A stretch of 64,000 nucleotides of DNA, from contig CAVWBU010000041.1 in NCBI GenBank assembly GCA_963753345.1, positions 128,001-192,000 of the forward strand. Direction: 5' to 3'. The position numbers and the translations under genes were made by a program. This stretch comes from an uncultured Fibrobacterota bacterium (GTDB lineage: Bacteria; Fibrobacterota; Chitinivibrionia; Chitinivibrionales; FEN-1185). Under the pieces are notes generated by a model. It was not told where the DNA came from. It made no database searches and saw only the letters and a list, made by a program, of their open reading frames with translations. Of the stretch, positions 22,584 through 32,898 are shown piece after piece. Each line of letters opens with the position of its first letter. The stretch's first letter is position 1.

Positions 22584-23591
22584 CTACTTTACCGCCACGG
22601 TCTTCTGAGCAAGCAACTGCCTTCCGCTCCTGAGCACCGCAACGTAAACTCCTTTGGAAACACCGGCCAGGGTCATGGCGCCGGAAACCCCTTTCACTTC
22701 CGATTGAGCAACCAGCTGTCCGGAACAACGGTACAGCCCGAGCCACGCACGGCTCGAATGCGTGCCGCTTATTGAATATCTCAGGACATTGTCCCTGCCT
22801 TTTTCTATCGCATCGCCATTGACGCTCAAAAGCTTTATGGATGGCTTCCATTCCACGGCGCTCCCCTGGTCGTTGAAATAGCCGAATTCGATGACGTAAT
22901 CCGGCCCTATGCCGTTGGCGTAGGTGCATTGGTCAAGGCTGGCCAGATCGTCGTACGCATAGCTGTAGGCCCATGGGCACGCATCCTTGAACAGCTTTGA
23001 GTACGAGGTGGCGTGGCACGTTTGAGGCGTGCTGTAAGCTCCGGTACAGCAGAATGAATCTGCACGGAATTTCGAACACGCGCTGAGACATTGGACCACG
23101 TCCCCGTTGGTGCCTTTCACCTGCAATTCCGGCGGACAGTTTGGAAGAAGGTCCTTGGTGCAACCCACCGTATCGCACATGTATGCGGTAGTGGTCGTTG
23201 TGAACGTGCCCTGGATCGGAAACATCCTCACAGGAAGATTGTATCCGTCGACGAGGCTAACATCGTACCAGTCATCGTTGCCGCCTGCACCCAAGGTCCA
23301 TTCGGCAAGCGAAAGCGCTCCCATGTTTGTGGTGCCGGGATAGGTGCCGGAACAGCGCGCGGAAGCCCAGCCCATTGCGTGTTCGATGACAATGCTGTCG
23401 CCGGGATTCATCGTCTGATTGGCGTAATTGGAAAGCTCCAGCGTGAAGGACTTGTTCAGATGGTTCATGATGATAATATGACGAACGGTCTGGCCGGCTG
23501 CATTCTTGTGCGGCCAACCTGTTGCGTCCTGAGAGAATCCTGTACCGGCAAGAACCCCGCACAAGAAAATGCACCCGAAAATCTTTCGCAT
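22584..23591 (-). CDS. Secreted thaumatin-like protein with a C-terminal CTD-like domain
   Basis: SLAEWTL, DWYDVSLVDGYNLP, CPPELQV, CLSAC, YSKLFKDACPWAYSYAYDD (thaumatin family); tail LYRCSGQLV..GVYVAVL. Confidence 0.92.
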   Translation of the reverse strand: MRKIFGCIFLCGVLAGTGFSQDATGWPHKNAAGQTVRHIIIMNHLNKSFTLELSNYANQTMNPGDSIVIEHAMGWASARCSGTYPGTTNMGALSLAEWTLGAGGNDDWYDVSLVDGYNLPVRMFPIQGTFTTTTTAYMCDTVGCTKDLLPNCPPELQVKGTNGDVVQCLSACSKFRADSFCCTGAYSTPQTCHATSYSKLFKDACPWAYSYAYDDLASLDQCTYANGIGPDYVIEFGYFNDQGSAVEWKPSIKLLSVNGDAIEKGRDNVLRYSISGTHSSRAWLGLYRCSGQLVAQSEVKGVSGAMTLAGVSKGVYVAVLRSGRQLLAQKTVAVK

Positions 23592-24013
23592 TTTTCCTCC
23601 GGTTCGGGAATGCCCCTCATTTTGTTTTGGACTTTGAGCGCTTGACAGAACCGAACTTCGCCTCTTGGCGACTGCGCTTTCACCTGCAGTCGGTGCGCCT
23701 CACCGGACCTCTTGGACTTAATCGCTAAAGCAACCATATATTGACAACCATCCTTGCGTCTTCCTGGAGAACGCACAAACCTCGATATAATCGGCCCGCT
23801 CCGGAAGGTTGCCAGTAATGTAAAATTTAACTTAATTTTTGGGAAAAAACCTGAAAAAACGCAAAACCGATTATAAATTGTATACACGGCGGATACGGAA
23901 TTGCGGTCTGCGTCCGGGAAAGGCTTCCTGCGGACGATGCCATTCCTTGCTCCGGCTCACGCAGCCCCGGACCAGCAAAGGTCTTTCGGGCAGAGCGAAG
24001 CAGCGGCGGACCG

Positions 24014-24634
24014 CTATTTCCCTTTTGCCTTGTCAATGTCGGTCTGCCGCATGCCGGGGACGGTTCGCGACTCGACAAGAAACGTCCGGAGGCTCGCCTG
24101 GTCCACCAGAAGCAGCGGGAATTCGTTTCTGACGATCACGTTGTACGTGGAGTCCGCATAGGTCTGCTGTCCCACGATCCTCCAGTTGTCAAAAAGGCTG
24201 CCCTCGGCCTGGCTCGACTGCTCTTCCTTCGCCGCCTTCTTTTCCGGCCTGTAAACATACCCTTCGCGCTCGGGATTCGATTCGTACACGAAGGTGAGAT
24301 TATCCGACGGCTCGAACGCGACCTTCACCCTGTCAGCCTCGGCCTCCACGGCGATGCAGGGCGTCTGGCGCTTGAAATACACCCGCTTGATGTACTGGTC
24401 CTCCACCTTCTTGAGCGAATGCGTCTGGTCGATGTCCTTGTTGACGTTCTTTGCCTCCTGTTCGAACAGGATGTCGTCCGATATGTAAAGCTGGAGGCGC
24501 TTGATGTCGGCATAGGTAAGATTGTACTCCCTGATAAGCGCCCTGGTGAGCGGCACGCGCGAGGCGCAGCCCGAGAAGAGGACCGCGGCCGAGAGAATCG
24601 CCGTTTGCAGACAGTATCTTTTTGAGGACCTCAT
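24014..24634 (-). CDS. Hypothetical lipoprotein
   Basis: Lipobox LFSGC after a hydrophobic leader; start at MRSSKRY. Confidence 0.7.
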   Translation of the reverse strand: MRSSKRYCLQTAILSAAVLFSGCASRVPLTRALIREYNLTYADIKRLQLYISDDILFEQEAKNVNKDIDQTHSLKKVEDQYIKRVYFKRQTPCIAVEAEADRVKVAFEPSDNLTFVYESNPEREGYVYRPEKKAAKEEQSSQAEGSLFDNWRIVGQQTYADSTYNVIVRNEFPLLLVDQASLRTFLVESRTVPGMRQTDIDKAKGK

Positions 24635-24671
24635 CCGTCGCCCCCGTTTCTCATGACGTCGTATGGCGGCG

Positions 24672-25280
24672 CTACTTTGCCGCCGGTTTCTTTTGAGCCT
24701 TTTTCTTGATTCCCGCTGCCTTCCCCGTGGAATCGGCGGCCTCATCTGGTTTTTTCATTGCGCAGTCCGCGACAGCCAGGATGCTTCCCCTGTCCACGAA
24801 AATCCGCACCGAAACGTCCCAGCCAACGCCCTGTTTGAAGTCTTCTTTTTTGGTAACGTCCTTTTCAGCCCGCTTCACGCAGTCGGGAAGCAGTTTCTGG
24901 TCTATCTTCAGCTTTGCAAGCGCGTTCCTCATCTTGGTATTGACCTGGGAAATCGCCTGCTTCTGCGCCTCGGCATTGGCGGCCATCACGTCCTTGTTCA
25001 CCGAATGACCGTTGCCGACAATCGAATCCGTCCTGACCTGGTCCTCCTGATAAACGAGCTCCTTTTCCACAAAGCCCCAGGTTCCGTCGGTGGCGATAAG
25101 CACGAACTTGCCGCCGCTTACCGGTACGGTGAAATCCCTTTCGAAGCTCGGTTGTTTTCCGCTCTGCAGCACCCAGGTGTTGTCTTCCTTGAGCACGATC
25201 TTGATGCCGTCGAGCGTGGTGAGGATCATCTCCTTTGCAAAGAGCGCGCCGCACAGGAGCGAAAGAAAACAAAACGACAT
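24672..25280 (-). CDS. Secreted hypothetical protein (DUF3157-like repeats)
   Basis: Signal peptide ending ALFA; two DG/GG-K-x-V-L..D-x-TW units. Start uncertain. Confidence 0.55.
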   Translation of the reverse strand: MSFCFLSLLCGALFAKEMILTTLDGIKIVLKEDNTWVLQSGKQPSFERDFTVPVSGGKFVLIATDGTWGFVEKELVYQEDQVRTDSIVGNGHSVNKDVMAANAEAQKQAISQVNTKMRNALAKLKIDQKLLPDCVKRAEKDVTKKEDFKQGVGWDVSVRIFVDRGSILAVADCAMKKPDEAADSTGKAAGIKKKAQKKPAAK

Positions 25281-25446
25281 GACTGCGATCCGGAATTTGA
25301 AACACCCCGCAGTCCCGCGGGACGAGGAATCTTCCATCCCTATGGAAGGAAAACATACTTGTAGTCGCTCGCCAACACCGGAGCAAGCTCCGGAGAATGC
25401 GCTCGCTGTGGGATCCACCATGCACCTCCTTCGGTTGTTTGTCACT

Positions 25447-27559
25447 TCATCTCGGCGCCGCGTCGGGCAGGCCGCCGTCCACCGGAATGGTCGCGCCGGT
25501 GGTGGGCGTCTGGCGCGTCACGAAAAACAGCACCGCGCGGGCGACATGCTCGGCGGTCACCTTCGCCTTGAGCAGGTTTCTCTGGCGGTAATATTCCTCG
25601 AGCCCCTGTTCGTCGAGCCCGCGCGCCTTCATGCGGTCGGGCCCCACCTGCTGCCACAGGCCGGACTTTGTTGACCCATGCGAAAACACCGCGTCGGGCG
25701 ATACCATGTTCACGCGCACGCCCATGCCGGCGAATTCGAGGCTTGCGATGCGTGCGAGCTGGTGGGCCGCGGCCTTGGTCGCGCTGTATGCACCGAACTT
25801 CGCGCCCGGCGCGAACACGTTCTTGGTGGAGATCAGCACGATGTCGCCGCCCGTGTTCTGCAGCTTGAAAAGCCTGCCCGCCTCGGCAAGGACCGTGAGC
25901 GTGCCGTCGACATTGACGCGCTCGATTTTTCTGAAGGACTCCAGGTCCATGTCGACCAGCGGCGACACATGCGCAATTCCGGCATTGGCGATAACGATGT
26001 CAAGGCCGCCAAAAGCTTCCGCCGCTTTTTCGAATGCTGCCGCCACCGACAGCGGGTCGGTTACATCGAGTGCCGCGCCGGTCACCTTTCTTCCATACCT
26101 GGTTTTCAATTCCTGAACCATCGAATCAAGCCGCTCACCCGCAAGGTCGGTGACCAGCACGTTGCATCCCTTTTCGAGCAGCGCCTCGCAGATGCCCGAT
26201 CCTATGGCGCCGGCCGAGCCCGTGACAAGCGCCGAAGCGCCGCGCAGCGGAAGTCGGCCGCTGTCGGCCACTTTTGCCGTCTGGAAAGGCCGAAACTCCA
26301 TGGCCGCAAGGTGGGACTCGGAAAGCCCTTTGTAAACGCCTCCTGTTTCGTAAATCATCTTCTTGACCGACAGCGCCTGCGCCGTGATGTCGGACGCAAC
26401 GGCCGCTGCGTCCGCATCGCGTCCCGCACACACCGCGCCCAGGCCCGGAACAAGGACCACTCTGGGCAGAAGATCGGGGGCATACATCCCCTGACCTGAA
26501 TGCGCCTTTGCATTCTTCTTAACATATGCGCCATACCGCTCCGCGAAGGAGGCGACATCGCCGCTGAGTTTTGCGCGGAGCGCGTCCATGTCGCTCAAAT
26601 CCGGTTCGTCAACCGACAGAGGATACGACTTGGTGCGCACGCAGTAATCCGGGGTGAGGGGCGGCGACACGAGAAACTGCCGCGCTTCCTTGCTGAAGAG
26701 GAGCCCAAGCACGTCTGTGTTGATAAGCGGGGAAAGCGTCACAAACGTGTGCGGCGAGTCCGGGTTGCCCGAGGCAGGCGACAAAAGGCCTCGCAGCACG
26801 GGTGCAAGTTTCGTGTACTTCTTCCGCGCGCTTTCCACCGCGGATTCGGCGGCCGGTGCGATGGTGCGGATGCGGGACTTTTTCAGATACTCCTCGGCCC
26901 GGCTGACCGCCTCGATGGCGGCGTCGTACGCCTGCTTCGGACCGGCACCCCACGTGATAAGCCCGTGGTGCGACACCACGACGCCGCGCAGGCCTTTATT
27001 TTTTTTCACCGCGGCGGCGACCGCGCGGCCGAGGTCGAGGCCCGCATTGACATGAGGCAGGACCGCCGCGGTTTTTCCCAGCGCCGATTGCGCGATTGCT
27101 TCCCCGTCTTCCCTGTTGGTAAGCGCCAGGATCGCGGACGGGTGCGTGTGCACGATGCAGGGCTTGTCGACAAACGCGTGCATGAGCGTCTCGACCGAGG
27201 CAACCGATTCAGAAGGCTTGACAAGATGCGTTCGGAACTCGTTTGCCATTGTCTCGTCGTCAAGGGCCCGGACTTTCTCCAGTTTCCGTATGGCGGCGAG
27301 GTCGAGGCACACGAACCCCGACGAGTCTAATTGAGTCAAGCGGAACTCCCGAGGCCTTTACAAACAGTGCGTCCATGGCGCCGGTGAGGGTCTTGACCGT
27401 CGTCTTGATTGATGTGTTCCCGCCACCGTGCAGGGCGAGGTCCGGTTCGCTTCCGACAAGCCGCGTGGCATAGGAGAGAAGCGCAACGCTGTTTCCGCAT
27501 TCCGCAGCGTGCTTTTTGACGAATGCCTTTGCCGAAGAATCGGACCATTTGTTTTTCAT
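25447..27559 (-). CDS. Bifunctional class II aldolase / short-chain dehydrogenase; frameshift at ~27330
   Basis: HGGGNTSIK, VKASG, SVETLMH, HTHP, HHGLITWG; SDR motifs TGSAGAIG, NAGI, YSATK. One extra base joins ORFs 27260..27559 and 25447..27339. Confidence 0.88.
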
Positions 27560-27592
27560 GCGAATTCCAGTCCGTACTTGATTACAATGATC

Positions 27593-27681
27593 TCTCGCAA
27601 AGATCGCAAAGAAAATTTCAGTGTTTCATCGCTTAAAACTCATCTGGCGCTCTTCTTTGCGTCCTTTGCGTCTTTGCGAGA
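27593..27681. repeat. Inverted CGCAAAG / CTTTGCG repeat element
   Basis: TCTCGCAAAGATCGCAAAGA ... TCTTTGCGTCCTTTGCGTCTTTGCGAGA, inside an operon spacer. Confidence 0.8.
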
Positions 27682-27701
27682 ACTTTTCTATATCCATCTT
27701 C

Positions 27702-28415
27702 TCAATTTCCGTGAAGAACGCTCGTCATCACCGCGAAATTCTCCCTCACCGCCTTTTTCTCAAACACGGCGCTGCCGCTCACCACGATATCGGGCCCCAT
27801 GGCGGCCACTTCTGCGATGTTCTCCTTTGTCACCCCGCCGTCGATGCAGAGAAGAACCTGGCGGCCCGCCTTTGCAGCAAGCTCGCGCACCTGAGCGGCC
27901 CGGCGCCCCGTGTCGGGAAGCAATTTCTGACCGCCAAAACCCGGGTTTATGGCAAGCAACACCACCATATCCACGTCATCGAGGAGCGGCTCCAAGACTG
28001 CGAGCGGCGTTCCGGGATTGAGGGCTATGCCGCGCGCAATCCCGCGGGTCGCATCGTTTGCGTTTTTCTGGCTCGCTATTGACTGCAGGGCGTACCGCAC
28101 ATGCGTGCATGATTCCACATGCACCGTGATGATGTCCGCGCCTGCCGCGGCATACTGCGGAAGAGTTTCCGCGGGATTCTGTATCATCAAGTGAACGTCC
28201 TTGAGCATCGCGGTCTTCACCGCCTTTACAAACGCGGGCCCCACCGTGAGCTGCGGCGCGAAATGCCCGTCCATAACGTCGAAATGGAGCAGCCGGCAGC
28301 CGCACTGCTCGAGCAGCGCAATGTCGTCTCCCAGCGCCATGAGGTCGGCGCTTGTCGCGCCCACGCTCAGCGCGGGCGCGTGTTCCTTGACAAGCCGGCA
28401 AACAGGAGCGCTCAT
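27702..28415 (-). CDS. rpe: Ribulose-phosphate 3-epimerase family (LsrE-like)
   Basis: [48 protein letters not shown]; its ATG overlaps the reconstructed lsrF TGA (ATGA). Confidence 0.88.
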   Translation of the reverse strand: MSAPVCRLVKEHAPALSVGATSADLMALGDDIALLEQCGCRLLHFDVMDGHFAPQLTVGPAFVKAVKTAMLKDVHLMIQNPAETLPQYAAAGADIITVHVESCTHVRYALQSIASQKNANDATRGIARGIALNPGTPLAVLEPLLDDVDMVVLLAINPGFGGQKLLPDTGRRAAQVRELAAKAGRQVLLCIDGGVTKENIAEVAAMGPDIVVSGSAVFEKKAVRENFAVMTSVLHGN

Positions 28416-29303
28416 GCCTTGTGCTTCTTGAGGTTCGCGTGCGCGAGATACAGCTCGAACGCCTGCTCGGGTTGCATGTTGTCGTGCACCACCTTGCGCA
28501 CGGCCTTGATCATGGCGATTGGCGCCTCGGACTGGAAGATGTTGCGGCCCATGTCCACGCCCGGCCGCGCCCTGCGCTATGGCGTCGTGCGCCATTTTGA
28601 GCGCGTCGAGCTCGGGCAGCTTCTTGCCGCCCGCGATCACGATGGGCACCGGGCAGGCGCTCGTGACGGTGTCGAACTCGGGCACGAAATAGGTCTTTAC
28701 AAATGCGGCGCCCAGCTCGGCGCACATGCGCGTGGCCAGCCGGATGTACTTTGCGTCGCGCACCATGTCCTTGCCCACCGCGGTCACGCCCAGCACCGGC
28801 ATGCCCACCCTGTTGCCCGCGTTGACGAGGTTGGTGAGGTTCATCACCGACTGCGTCTCGTTTTCCCCGCCCACAAACACCTGGGTCGCGACCGCGCACG
28901 CGTTCACGCGCACCGCGTCCTCAATGTCCATGGCGATGTGCTCGTTTGACAATTCCTTGAGGATGCTGGGCCCGCCGCTGGCGCGCAGCACGGTCGCCTT
29001 GTCAAGCGACGGCGGGATCACGGAGCGCAGGATCCCGCGCGTGAGCATGAGCGCGTCGGCGAACGGCGCGAGCGGCAGGATGGTGATGTCGGGACGCTCA
29101 AGCCCGGTGGTGGGCCCCTGGAAATACCCGTGGTCGAACGCGAGCATCACGGTTTTGCCCGATTCGCAGTTGAAAATCCGGCCGAGCCGGTTCTTCATTC
29201 CCCAGTCGTAATTGTTGGAACCTTTGAGGAAAAAGACCTCGCTCTTCTGGGGCACGTCGGTGTAGAAATTCTTTTCGGCTTTTGAGACGTCTGCTTCGGG
29301 CAT
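28412..29303 (-). CDS. lsrF: LsrF-family thiolase/aldolase; frameshift at ~28561
   Basis: [41 protein letters not shown]. Removing one G gives [11 protein letters not shown] and a stop at 28412. Confidence 0.9.
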
Positions 29304-29417
29304 GGGGCACTCCTTTGGGCATTTTGTTCGGGATGTGGTGGGCGAACCATTAAAAATAATTAGTACGGTATGGACGGGGAGGAAAAGAGATTCAAAGAGA
29401 TCCAACGAGGTCAAATG

Positions 29418-29582
29418 CTGGGCGTTACCCCAAGTGGAGGCGCAAGGCCGTTTGCCTCCACTTGGGGTCGGCCGTCCTTCCGGTCTCGGCCTTCGGCCTC
29501 GGGCCGCCTCGGCCCTAGGCCGCAAAGCGGCCGGGTCCGGGCGGCATCCCGCTATGGCGGGACCTCCAGTCCTGCCTAACGC
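29418..29582 (+). repeat. Structured repeat family A, copy A3
   Basis: GGGCGTT-ACCCCAAGTGGAGGC..GCCTCCACTTGGGGT-CGG..TCCCGCTATGGCGGGA..CCTAACGC; the conserved tail extends to ~29647. Confidence 0.9.
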
Positions 29583-29678
29583 GCGGCAGAGGAATACCCT
29601 TAAGTCAATTACTTCTTCTCACGCCAATCGGTATCTACAATAAATCAAGCAAGGACTCCTCTTTGAATTTGAAACTAT

Positions 29679-29795
29679 TGAAGAACCCCGCCCCATGTGG
29701 CGGGGATTCTTCCATAGCTAAGGAAACAGAACAACAAATATTCGCCCGCTAACCCCCGCGCCAAGTCGCGGGGAATGCGCGGGCTGTGCTATTCA
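29679..29795. mobile_element. 117-bp MITE-like element with TGAA...TTCA ends and an ACTAT target-site duplication
   Basis: ACTAT at 29674-29678 and 29796-29800; internal hairpins CCCCGCC..GGCGGGG and CCCCGCG..CGCGGGG. Confidence 0.7.
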
Positions 29796-29809
29796 ACTAT
29801 TTCTTTCTC

Positions 29810-29959
29810 GGTGCCCCCGCAGCCGAAGCTTCTTTCTCGCAGCCACATTTCTTGGGGGCTACCCACGAGGGGGTAGCGGAGGACCGGCGTGCGAAATAAA
29901 ACGTTCAGAGATTTGACGGCGCACGCCGGGCCGGAGCGAGGGGGAGGCCTCCCCCCATG
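29810..29959 (+). repeat. Structured repeat family B, copy B1
   Basis: GGTGCCCCC-33nt-TTGGGGGCTACC-CACGAGGGGGTAGCG..hairpin..GCCGGAGCGAGGGGGG-AGGCCT-CCCCCCATG. Confidence 0.88.
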
Positions 29960-30040
29960 TAAATTGCTGATTGCCGATATTTTCCCCGGATTATTTTTAT
30001 GATACAACAATTTCAAGTCTCACCAATAGCTGGAGCCTCC

Positions 30041-30563
30041 ATGCCTTTCTACGAATTCTTCTGCCCTGACTGCAACACGATTTTCACCTTCTTTTCGCGC
30101 CGTGTCAATACCGAAACAATCCCGGACTGCCCCTCGTGCAAAAAGAGAAAGCTTGATCGAAGGATCTCCCTGTTTGCCGTTGCCGGAAAAACAAAAAAGA
30201 ATGCAAGCGAAGACTCCGGCGACAAGGGCGAAGACGACCTTCCCGTCGACGAGGCAAGGATGACCAAGGCAATGGAGGCGCTTGCAGGAGAAGCCGAGCA
30301 CCTCAAGCGAGGACGACCCGCGCCAGGCCGCGAACCTCATGCGGAAGTTCTCCGACATGACAGGCCTTAAGTACACCGACAAAATGAACGAGGCGCTGAA
30401 CCGCCTGGAAACCGGAGAAGACCCTGAGGCCATTGAAGCGGAGATGGGCGACGCATTCGAAAACGAAGACCCGTTTATTCTGCCGGAGAAACAGGAAGGC
30501 GCGAAGAGTACAATATCAAAGAAGAAGCCGCTGAAAAGGGATGAGACAGTGTACGAGCTATAA
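30041..30563 (+). CDS. FmdB-family zinc-ribbon protein; frameshift at ~30305
   Basis: MPFYEFFCPDC...CPSC; C-terminal DDPRQAANLMRK..ALNRLETGEDPE lies in the adjacent frame. Confidence 0.85.
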
Positions 30564-30594
30564 TACAATGTTCGAAGATACGTCAGTCTTGGCG

Positions 30595-30725
30595 TTGGGC
30601 GCCTGCCCTGGGCACCGGTTCTCCTCCGAGCTCGGCTATTCGCCTCGTTGCCGGTCCACCCTATGCCTGGCGGCCGGGTCGGCCGGCAATCCCGCTTTGG
30701 CGGGACTCTCCGTCGCCCCTGGCGC
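30595..30725 (+). repeat. Structured repeat family A, copy A4 (compensatory closing stem)
   Basis: Closing stem is GCGCC...GGCGC instead of GCGTT...AACGC; CTCGGCTATTCGCCTCG and TCCCGCTTTGGCGGGA are conserved. Confidence 0.85.
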
Positions 30726-30818
30726 AAGAAACTGCCTCCTTCGTTTTAGTGTAATCAGTACTTGTCCTATTGTGAAGGCAGTTCTTCCCACAAATGCATC
30801 TGTCTTTATTGCGCCACC

Positions 30819-32528
30819 TCACCTCATCACCGTGAACCCCTTCACCATCTCCCCTTTGTCCAAAATCGCCTTTGCAAAGTACCGCCCCGTGGCGTGCTTT
30901 GGCTGCCAGATTGCCTGATCCGCTTTCACGGATAAGGTCTCCAGCAGTTGACCTCCCAGGTCGTAAATTGCGAGCGACGATGTGCCGGAAGGAAGCAAAA
31001 AACAAACTTCCCTGGAAGAAAGCTGACGGATAGCGATGTCAACGTGCCGGGAATTGACTGAACGCGAGAGCTGATTGATCGTCTTGTTCGGATGGTCTTT
31101 GCTGTTGACAAAGATATTGAATGTCAACGTATCCTTGTTTCCGAAATCGTCGGCAACGAGAAATTCCGCGTGGTCCATATAGACGGAATCGGTTGTTGGG
31201 GTCCAGGAGATGGTTCCGCCGGGAGAGACCGTCATGCCGGCAGGGGCCTTGAGGGGCGAGTAGCCGTGGTTGAGGGAATCACCGGAGACAGGGATTTTGA
31301 AGGTAAAGGGGACGGATTTGTAGGCATAGCGGTCGTTGACAAGGTACATAAGAAAGGAAAAGCACGTGTCGTCGGTGTTGGGACAGGACCTGCCGATAAC
31401 AAGCAGGTCCCCGTTCGACGTGGCCGCGCCCCCCACCGCCTCCATGGAGCGCGATGGGCCGGTCGCCAGTGACCAGACACTGTCTCCGTTCGGCTTGACA
31501 TTAAGCAAGTAGAAGTTGTTCTGGGGAACAACGGCGTTGCAATGTGCGCTGCCCAGAATCATGAAATTGCCGTCCGACAGCGGAGCGATGGCATTGATGC
31601 CCTGGGCGAACATCACCAGTCCGCCGAAGGTTCTGAGCCACAGGCTTTCGCCGTGTGCGTTTGCATCGACTTTAAAAAGGTACATCTCGGTCCCTCCGGA
31701 GAAGGGGCTAAAACTCCCGCCGACCAGAAAACTCGTGCCTCCGGCCGGCACGATTGCGCATGCCCTGTCGTTACCGGGGCCTCCGTACGTTCTTGACCAT
31801 GGCGAATTTCCATTGGCGTCGGTTGCCATCAAAAAGGCGTCGAGCCCTCCCGCACCGGCGGAAGAACCGGACGCTGCCACTATGAAACTTCCGTCGCCGC
31901 CCGCGGGCGCGGCGCATACGTCCCCGTCGTAGCTTCCTTGAAATGTCTTTGTCCAAAGGGTGTCTCCGGCGGGAGTTATTCTCAGCAGATAAAGGTCGTA
32001 TTGGCCCGTGATGCTGGAATACCGCGGCCCTGCCACGAGAAACGTGCCGTCTGCGGCGGCCTGTATTGAGGTCGCCCACGCATTGCTCTCCGTGCCGGGC
32101 ATCTCCATTCCCTGATACGTCCTTGTCCACAGCGTATCCCCGGAAGGCGTCACCTTGAAGAGGTATATGTTTCGAACAGCCTGACCGTGCGAATCTGTGG
32201 AGCCAGCAACAACGATGTTGCCGTCCTGCGCGGGTGCCATGCCGCCCGCGGTCTCGTTCCCGCTGCTGCCATAGGTTCTGGTCCACAGCGCATCGCCGCT
32301 GGGCGTGATCTTCTGCAGGCAGATGTCGGTTGTGGGAACGCCGGGCGAAACCCTCGATTCGGCAAGCATGAAATTGCCGTCGGCCGTGGCCATAATGGCG
32401 CGGACAACATCAGAATGCCCGAGGCGAAGATCCCTTTTCCAATAGGTCTGCCCCATGCCGGCGCCGGCCATTATTGCCACCGTAAGAGCGCCGACCGCCA
32501 TTCTCACTACAAACGTCCTTGTATCCAT
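30819..32528 (-). CDS. Secreted beta-propeller repeat protein with an Ig-like domain and a C-terminal CTD-like domain
   Basis: Repeats of the form YLxKxxxxGDxLWTRTYG; APAGMTVS..TISWTP; tail IYDLGGQLL..GRYFAK. Start at MDTRTF. Confidence 0.8.
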   Translation of the reverse strand: MDTRTFVVRMAVGALTVAIMAGAGMGQTYWKRDLRLGHSDVVRAIMATADGNFMLAESRVSPGVPTTDICLQKITPSGDALWTRTYGSSGNETAGGMAPAQDGNIVVAGSTDSHGQAVRNIYLFKVTPSGDTLWTRTYQGMEMPGTESNAWATSIQAAADGTFLVAGPRYSSITGQYDLYLLRITPAGDTLWTKTFQGSYDGDVCAAPAGGDGSFIVAASGSSAGAGGLDAFLMATDANGNSPWSRTYGGPGNDRACAIVPAGGTSFLVGGSFSPFSGGTEMYLFKVDANAHGESLWLRTFGGLVMFAQGINAIAPLSDGNFMILGSAHCNAVVPQNNFYLLNVKPNGDSVWSLATGPSRSMEAVGGAATSNGDLLVIGRSCPNTDDTCFSFLMYLVNDRYAYKSVPFTFKIPVSGDSLNHGYSPLKAPAGMTVSPGGTISWTPTTDSVYMDHAEFLVADDFGNKDTLTFNIFVNSKDHPNKTINQLSRSVNSRHVDIAIRQLSSREVCFLLPSGTSSLAIYDLGGQLLETLSVKADQAIWQPKHATGRYFAKAILDKGEMVKGFTVMR

Positions 32529-32651
32529 TGTCAATCCCCCGTTCTTGCAACTTTCCCATCTTCTTTCTTTCTCCGCCGGCATCGCTGAAGGCGGATAGCA
32601 AAGCAACAAAGTAGTTGACCGAAGAACCTTGTGATTCATTTTTTCGCTCGA

Positions 32652-32687
32652 CCTCACCCCCGGCCCCTCTCCCACAGGGAGAGGGGG
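32652..32687 (+). repeat. REP-like palindrome (CCTCACCCC..CCCTCTCC..GGAGAGGG class), copy 1
   Basis: CCTCACCCCCGGCCCCTCTCCCACAGGGAGAGGGG; a second copy lies at 46619-46668. Confidence 0.75.
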
Positions 32688-32755
32688 ACTGCCATTCCAC
32701 ATTTTTTGAATTTGTCAATGTTCCAGCGACTTTGTTGATTCCACAACTCTCCTCG

Positions 32756-32882
32756 GGTGCCCCCACACAGGTGCATGGTTCTGCCTCTGCCTCCTCTTGG
32801 GGAGCACCCAGGAGGGGGTAGCGCAGGACACCGCAGGCCGAAGGCCGAGGAGGCCGGAGCGAGGGGGATACTTCCCCCCATG
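32756..32882 (+). repeat. Structured repeat family B, copy B2
   Basis: GGTGCCCCC-32nt-TTGGGGAGCACC-CAGGAGGGGGTAGCG..GGCCGAAGGCC..GCCGGAGCGAGGGGGATACTTCCCCCCATG. Confidence 0.88.
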
Positions 32883-32898
32883 AATATTCTTGACAGAA

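Noticed and set aside
20974-22929. ORF-track N-terminal extensions (651-aa GH64, 454-aa HddA, 627-aa propeller)
   Set aside because: The extensions overlap upstream genes or repeats; RBS, signal peptide or motif evidence places the starts at 22527, 55212 and 32528.
27702-29525. Apparent 607-aa LsrF-Rpe fusion protein
   Set aside because: One extra G at ~28561 shifts lsrF into the rpe frame. Correcting it restores [10 protein letters not shown] and an ATGA stop/start overlap. The N-terminal extension runs through repeat A3.
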